Positions 58,601-64,000 of a DNA stretch of 64,000 nt are shown here, piece after piece (position 1 is the first letter of the stretch; every line of letters begins with the position of its first letter). A program made the translations under genes and the position numbers. The notes below the pieces were generated by a model. It searched no databases and was not told the DNA's origin. It saw only the letters and a list, made by a program, of their open reading frames with translations. The stretch is from Enoplolaimus lenunculus. Its lineage: Eukaryota. The stretch lies in contig JASANG010003092.1 of NCBI GenBank assembly GCA_030248215.1, positions 62,001 to 126,000 on the forward strand, given 5' to 3'.

Positions 58601-61600
58601 AGGGCACTGGTTTATCGTAGGAGCGTTCCCACTGAGCGACAGTGGGTTGCGGGACTAAGCGACAGGGAAGATTAAACTTAGGTTTAGCCTTACGCGTAGT
58701 TGGTAGGCCCTTACAGTTAACGTGGACCGGTAACTTAATAGATATATACTTCGATCATTTCAAATCGCCGCTGTAAATCTGAGAGTTGAAGGCCATCTAA
58801 ATCGACCGCATTCTCAACGTCAGCCTGAAATTGTTTCAGCCACCGTTCAAATTTGACAACGCTTTCTGGGGTAGCGCCAGCTGGCGTCCAGTCTGACGGC
58901 TTCTGTAGGTCAGTGGAATTTTCAGTTAAAGAGTCACGGCGAATCTGAAATAAAAAACAAATCATTGAGTTGACTGAAAGTAAATTGGTAATTAATATCA
59001 AGACTCGATCGGTAATTTTACGCACCGGGGGTTTGTTTCGGTGGGCAGGCTGAAACTTGGCCCACGCCAAATGAAAACATATCATGTGCTCTAGTGGTTC
59101 ATTATAAATTTCAAAATAGTCAGTGTAGGGTCCGTTTTTTCCAGATATTTGGGTCGATTTTTCTGTGCCAGTCCAGCGCTGATTACAATTAGCAGCAATT
59201 TACAATTATGCTTATATATTTGTTAATAAATAACGTGTTAAAGCACAGCTCCCCGACCCTAAGCAGATCAACCCGTTGCCTTTCTTGTAAATTTAAAATA
59301 GCTCTTATATATGCCCATAATGTAAAACTATTTCGAACATTAAACTGTTCAACTCGGGGTCTAGATACGAGAGTAAAAGTGCTTACAGGGGTTCCGCAAA
59401 CAATGCCCACAAATTAAATTTTTTCGTCTTCAAATTGCAGGAAGCAATTTCGCTTAAAATTTGCAAATTTTTTCAAATTTTTGAAACAGCAATGAAATGA
59501 TAATAGAACAGAGATAATACATGTCACAGATCGGAAGTGATCTTAGATAAACTTCTATTTTAAAATTTATTGAAATTTACCGGTGGCTTAGGTTTATGCT
59601 TCGTGCTCGACTGTTCTTTATAGTTTTTCAACTGCGCGACAAGCGCACGAATAAATTCGTTGAATTCGATTGTACCAGAGACTAAAAATGAGCAAATGCT
59701 GAAACGATCGCGTTTACAATATACTAATCATATTATTTCAAACTGGACGCATTCTATGTCAAGCATTTTCTTATGGAAACAACTTTTGGCAAACATTGAC
59801 AATTAATTCTGAAAAAATAGGTACACAAACTTCAATGCAAACCTGCTAGAATTAATCATCAAGTTTCAGGTATTTTAGACAAGTTTTAATTGCGAGATAA
59901 TTTTAAATTAAGGTACTTATGGCAGTTAAATTTTGCATTATAAAACATATTTACATAAAACATCACAGTCTATGTTCAACTTCGCAACCTACAATTGTTA
60001 CTACGTGGTAGAAATAGTCCGTAGGGACAGCGTTCTCTCCATATTCAAGCTCTTATAGCTGAGCCCCCGTAATCTATACGCTCTCTATGTGCATCTAATA
60101 TGAAATCACTATACGATGCAGATAGTGACAGTATTAAATACATTTAAGGGCCGCTACTACATAAACCGGAATAGGTTCGTAAATCGATCAGCGTTCCCTA
60201 TCGCCACCGCAGTTGTTGCCCCCAACATATATTTACAATCCCTATCTACGTCCCATACGAAATGTTAAGGGATGCACATAGCAGAAAGAGATTGTAATTA
60301 TATTAGAAGGAAGCAACTACGCCAAGAGTAAAGGTATTCCTAAAAACAACCAAGTCACCATCGCCTTGAGTAGTTGCTTCCCCAAATCGACTCACAATCT
60401 CTATCTGCATCCCAAATGAGATCATTAATCCATTCATCTGTCGGTCGCATTCCTACACTTCGAATCGCTGCGCGTAGTTCGTCTTTTGTTATTTTACCAT
60501 CGCCATCGATGTCGAATAGTGCAAACAAATCGTGATATCCTTAAATTAAGCGATGAGTATTGTAAGCAAAATTATATTCACATAGCTAAAAATTTTTGAA
60601 AAGCAGCCAGGTTCTACAAAATAATTTCAACGCAATTTTTTTTTGTCGTACGAACCTGAAACATTTCATAAAAACTTAAAATCCCAAAGAGATAATTTGT
60701 GCATCAGTCACTCCATCTCCATGATACGCACTTGTGATCGTGCTTAGCATTTCATTGTCAGTTGCTAGCAGCAAGAGTTGATGGCAATTTTTTGATATAA
60801 GATTATGCAATGTATTGAAAGTTGCGTGACATTTATTTGGAGGATTGCAAGCTGTTACTTCTTCGATCCCAGCCTGTTGTGGGTAAAGAAATTGGAATTG
60901 AAGCAAACGGTGACTACTTAAAAGGCTAAATGAAAATTATTAAAATTGTAATCAGGGCTTATAGTCTCAAACGCGTACAGCATCTATCAACGATTAGCGA
61001 TAGGTTTTGAAACTGACGACCTGCTGCAATTGTTAAACTTAAAATTGGAACAGAAGTAGGGCAGATGAAGCGCGAAAAATGCGCTAAATTTCGAACGTCA
61101 AACAATTCAATGTTGTGAAAGTTAAAAGATCTATTGCCAACTGGTGACAGGTGCGACACACGTTCGAGCATGTTGGCCCTGGTTGTAGTGGACATGACTG
61201 TTTTACGATTTTATCTTCTTTGAAGTAAACCATAATTCCGCAGAAAAACATATTTATGGGTGCATAAGTTATTATTCAAGCTTACGCAACGAATCTAGGA
61301 CAATTCGTCGCCCGACAACTTGTCGTCCAACAGCGTACTAAAGCCTATGAATAGATCTAAGCATAATCCTACGCGTAATTCAAAGCCTGAGCCTAAACAT
61401 ACTGATGGGCGACGAATTGATGAGCTGATGAAATTTCGGATTACAAGTTGTCGGTCGACGAGTTGTCGGGCAAGTAATTGTCATGATCCTAGAAAACATA
61501 CGTTTGTACTCTTTTTCCGACAAACCATGAGCCTAAAAATATTAAATTCGAATTAGGTTTTTGCTGTCATTGCAGAGTAGCTTATTCTGTATTGTATTTA

Positions 61601-63559
61601 CGTATAACTGTCTACGAGAACAAAAATTAGCTGGAATGATGCCCAAATTGCGTATTTTGTGCGCTCGAGGTCCATTAATATTGACGAAAAGCAACGATAA
61701 CCCTAAAATTGTACCTTTGAAGGTTCAGTCATGTTATGCTTCTGCCGGATACGACTAGATTGTTTACTAGAAGACTTTGTCTGTTTCGTCTGCCGTAGCT
61801 GGTCACCTCGAGAACAGACTGCGCGTAAAAATTCACCAAATTCAATTGTACCTGATCCTAAAAAATATACTGGGTATTCGTAATAAACTACAAAATTGGG
61901 ATAGATATGGTTATTCATGACAACAAATGTGGCATCGCAAAACGGCAGGAAAGTTGGCACTTTTTTCAGGAAACGTTTCAATACTAAATGTTCAGCTTAA
62001 GTTAATATAAAACTTTTACACAGGTGACAAAAAGACTTCGGAATTAAAAGATCAGTTATTCAGTAAACCCTTATCAGCGGTGAAACTTAACACCATTTTT
62101 TTATTTGGCTTCATTTTAATTAGAATAGGAGCTAATTTAGCCTAACCCCGCTACAATCAGCTGCTTAGTACCGTTTAGTGAATTATTACCATTTTATTGC
62201 CAAATAAAAAAATGAAAGAATTCATAATTGTTTGGATCAAGACAAGGTCCAAAAACACTAAGCCAAAATTTAAGCCTATGAATAAGCCTAAGCGCAAATA
62301 AAACGAGAGATTTAATATCAGTTGCGTTGAATGCGAAAAAAATTTTTTGAAATCGCATGGATGACTGGTTTTACACGTCTTCACCTCGGGTTGATCCCAT
62401 GTACAGAACAGGGCCGGAACAGGTGTATAAGCATATTCCTAAGCCTAATCCTAAGCGTATGGATGAGCCTACTACTACGCCTACGCCTAAGCCTAAGCCT
62501 AAGGTTAAGCAAAAAAATTAGTCCCCCTCCAGAAAACGAACCCGCCCTGTTCTATACATGGGCCGAGAAACTGATAGCCGCTGGCATTGGCGTCAATGAG
62601 AGTTTATTGTATTTATCGCAATAAAATACGCGTTACCGTCCTTATCTGCGTCCCAAATCACATCAGCAATCAATTCATCGCTTGCTCGGTATCCAACTGA
62701 GCGAATTGCTTTTCGAAGTTCGTCTTGTGAAATACTTCCGTTGCCGTCGGTATCGAACATCGCAAACGCACTGCGCCATTCTGAAAACATCAGTTTATAC
62801 AAATACAATTTTTACTTAAAATGTTATGCTTCTAATGAAACTGTGAATGAACTCAAGTAACAGCTGCGAAATAGTTTGTCAATAAATAATTCGAAAATTA
62901 GCTAAACGTTTAGTCTACATTAATTGCATGCAATCCAAAATAGACTAAGGGTAGCGCCATGCTTGTCGTACGGCACCATCCGACACCGTCCGTTACCATA
63001 CAGTATCTTTCGTAAGTAATTCGTGCACGTTACCTCACCGTGACACAGGGTGACGAACGGAAGTGGACAGTACGGCGGCAGACGGTGACGGACGGTTTCA
63101 GACAGTGACGGATGGGGACAGACGGCACCGAACGGTAAAGGACGGTGATGGACGGGGATGGACAGCGCCGGATGATGACAAACGGCACCGGACGGTGATG
63201 GTCGGTGATGAACGGTGACGGTCGGTCACGGGTAGTGCCGGATGGTAACCGACGGGCCAGACGTCAACAGAAGTATAGCGCCACCCTAACTCAATCCTAC
63301 AGACACGAATTGCTAATAGAACAGACAATGAGATTCAGTAAACAAACGTTTTAATACACAATTCTTTAACTGTTGCGTAAAAATTCCCAAGACTATCCTA
63401 ACGTTCTCTTACGTTGGGTACAGTTTCTCTTTGTTCGCTTGTTGATTCACTCAACTAAATTACAGATACACGCAGAATCTAAACTGCAAGCGTACCCAAA
63501 ATTAATTTTCCGGTATCTAATGACTTACCACGAACTTCTAGCAATGGAATGCCGAAAGT
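46619..63559 (-). CDS. Multi-EF-hand (8 loops, four calmodulin N-lobe-like pairs) plus spectrin-like repeat protein, >=829 aa, 5' end unresolved
   Basis: Phase-consistent exons: 63559-63529, 62780-62637, 61857-61715, 61532-61502, 60539-60396, 59681-59581, 58944-58750, 58468-58310, 57706-57554, 57033-56869, 56490-56335, 53340-53110, 52580-52550, 51472-51329, 50662-50580, 49876-49853, 49459-49429, 48596-48450, 47934-47679, 46849-46788, 46677-46619. The last two exons are less certain. EF loops: DTDGNGSISQDE, DKDGSGTIEFGE, DIDGDGKITKDE, DRDFSGTIEFNE, DSDRTGTITTSE, DKDGSGEIDLFE, DADRNGRLSREE, DRDGSGEIDWDE. Confidence 0.85.
49262..49422. repeat. (GCCTAA)n telomere-type hexamers followed by an (ATA/GTA)n microsatellite
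   Basis: cctaagcctaagcctaagcctaagcctaag, then an ataataata/gtagta tract; explains the spurious poly-Ile ORF at 49310. Confidence 0.9.
49506..49757. mobile_element. Palindromic MITE with (C/T)ACTGTAAATT ends
   Basis: tactgtaaatt...aatttacagtg, with internal ACTCAG/CTGAGT inverted units. Confidence 0.6.
53110..58944 (-). other. About three spectrin-like helical repeats (six phase-0 exons) within the EF-hand gene
   Basis: Helix-A-type motifs KFERWLKQFQ and FNALADRFRDWIDRK. Helix-C-type motifs IRNLNNEWHNA and FRSLEARWTHF. The middle repeat is more degenerate. Confidence 0.65.
62385..62567. mobile_element. MITE carrying TTAGGC-type repeats (family B; fragments throughout the window)
   Basis: Inverted ends cccatgtacagaacagggc...gccctgttctatacatggg enclose gcctaa arrays. 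The same end sequence occurs at ~5921-5941, ~28891-28910, ~31545-31568 and ~57331-57353. Confidence 0.7.
62949..63286. mobile_element. PIF/Harbinger (Tourist-like) MITE with TAA TSD and GACGG-rich internal repeats (family E)
   Basis: taa-GGGTAGCGC...GCGCCACCC-taa. Related copies at ~17075-17333, ~19293-19470, ~55240-55385 and ~57050-57260. Confidence 0.75.
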
Positions 63560-64000
63560 CTAAAAGAAAAACTGATTACTAAAATTATGCAGTTTAGTGG
63601 AAATCAAATTTTAACCGTTCGTGGCTGTGTGGTTCGTGCTTCGCATACCTCCAAATGCGAGTGCTCTTTCACATTCAAGCGGACTACTATAAGATTGCGA
63701 AATAATTCTGTGTTTTAGCTCGGTTAAATTGGCGATGACAATCACAATGCATTCAGCTAGAAAAATTTCGACATTTCCTGATTTTGGATCTTTGGATTGA
63801 ACCAGTGGTACATTTGGCACGTGACGCTGAGACCGCTCGTTGTTGGACGTGTCTGTTTTATCCTGATTATGATTAGTACGCAGATCAAACAGCGCATTCC
63901 AACAATTGAAACCTATTGCGGATCCCTTTGAAGCCCTATTCACACGTCGCAAGATTTTTGGAGCAAGAACCAGGTAGCTGCAATAGCAGCCGCGAGTTTT

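Noticed and set aside
60652..60655. 4-nt microexon GTTC (minus strand, TTTCAG|GTTC|GTACG) that would fix the phase before EF module 2
   Set aside because: The 31-nt exon 61532-61502 fixes the same phase and matches the 31-nt exon of the other three modules.
62949..63286. Regularly spaced GACGG repeats resembling a CRISPR-like array
   Set aside because: No constant repeat with unique spacers, no cas genes, eukaryotic context; these are MITE-internal repeats.
63413..63454. 42-nt AG/GT-flanked candidate exon between the first 31-nt exon and EF module 1
   Set aside because: Entered in phase 1 it reads GTT GAG TGA (stop). At most a poison exon, with no further support.
63611..64000. Open frame at the window end as the first coding exon of the EF-hand gene
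   Set aside because: Its GT donors fall in phase 1 but the next exon needs phase 0. No ATG|GT calmodulin-style first exon was found, so the 5' end is left unresolved.

Overview
Eukaryotic, AT-rich, intron-rich genomic DNA, most likely from a nematode (TTTCAG/TTTTAG acceptors, abundant TTAGGC telomere-type hexamers). Most of the supplied ORFs are either fragments of spliced exons or repeat noise. I reconstructed five multi-exon genes by hand, checking GT-AG boundaries and reading phase. (1) + strand, ~1517-20432: a ~980-aa single-LIM protein with ~16 dispersed 'K-x-K/R-F-E' motifs. (2) - strand, 22233-25680: a 272-aa putative secreted Cys-rich, very basic protein. (3) - strand, 31692-35044: nascent polypeptide-associated complex alpha (NACA, 221 aa). 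(4) - strand, 40280-43781: a 230-aa protein with an uncharacterised, probably PH-like domain. (5) - strand, 46619 to >63559, 5' end unresolved: a >=829-aa protein with four calmodulin N-lobe-type EF-hand pairs (8 intact-looking loops), two on each side of about three spectrin-like repeats. Each EF pair keeps the calmodulin 31-nt + 144/147-nt exon layout. Introns and intergenic DNA are full of non-autonomous DNA transposons (hAT-, PIF/Harbinger-, Tc1/mariner- and CACT-type MITEs, and a long-TIR foldback element). Other features are an inverted ~600-bp duplication bracketing NACA, a tRNA-like relic, and a small insertion with a 20-bp target-site duplication. No CRISPR array, rRNA gene or intact transposase was seen. 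Family assignments come from recalled motifs, not from searches.
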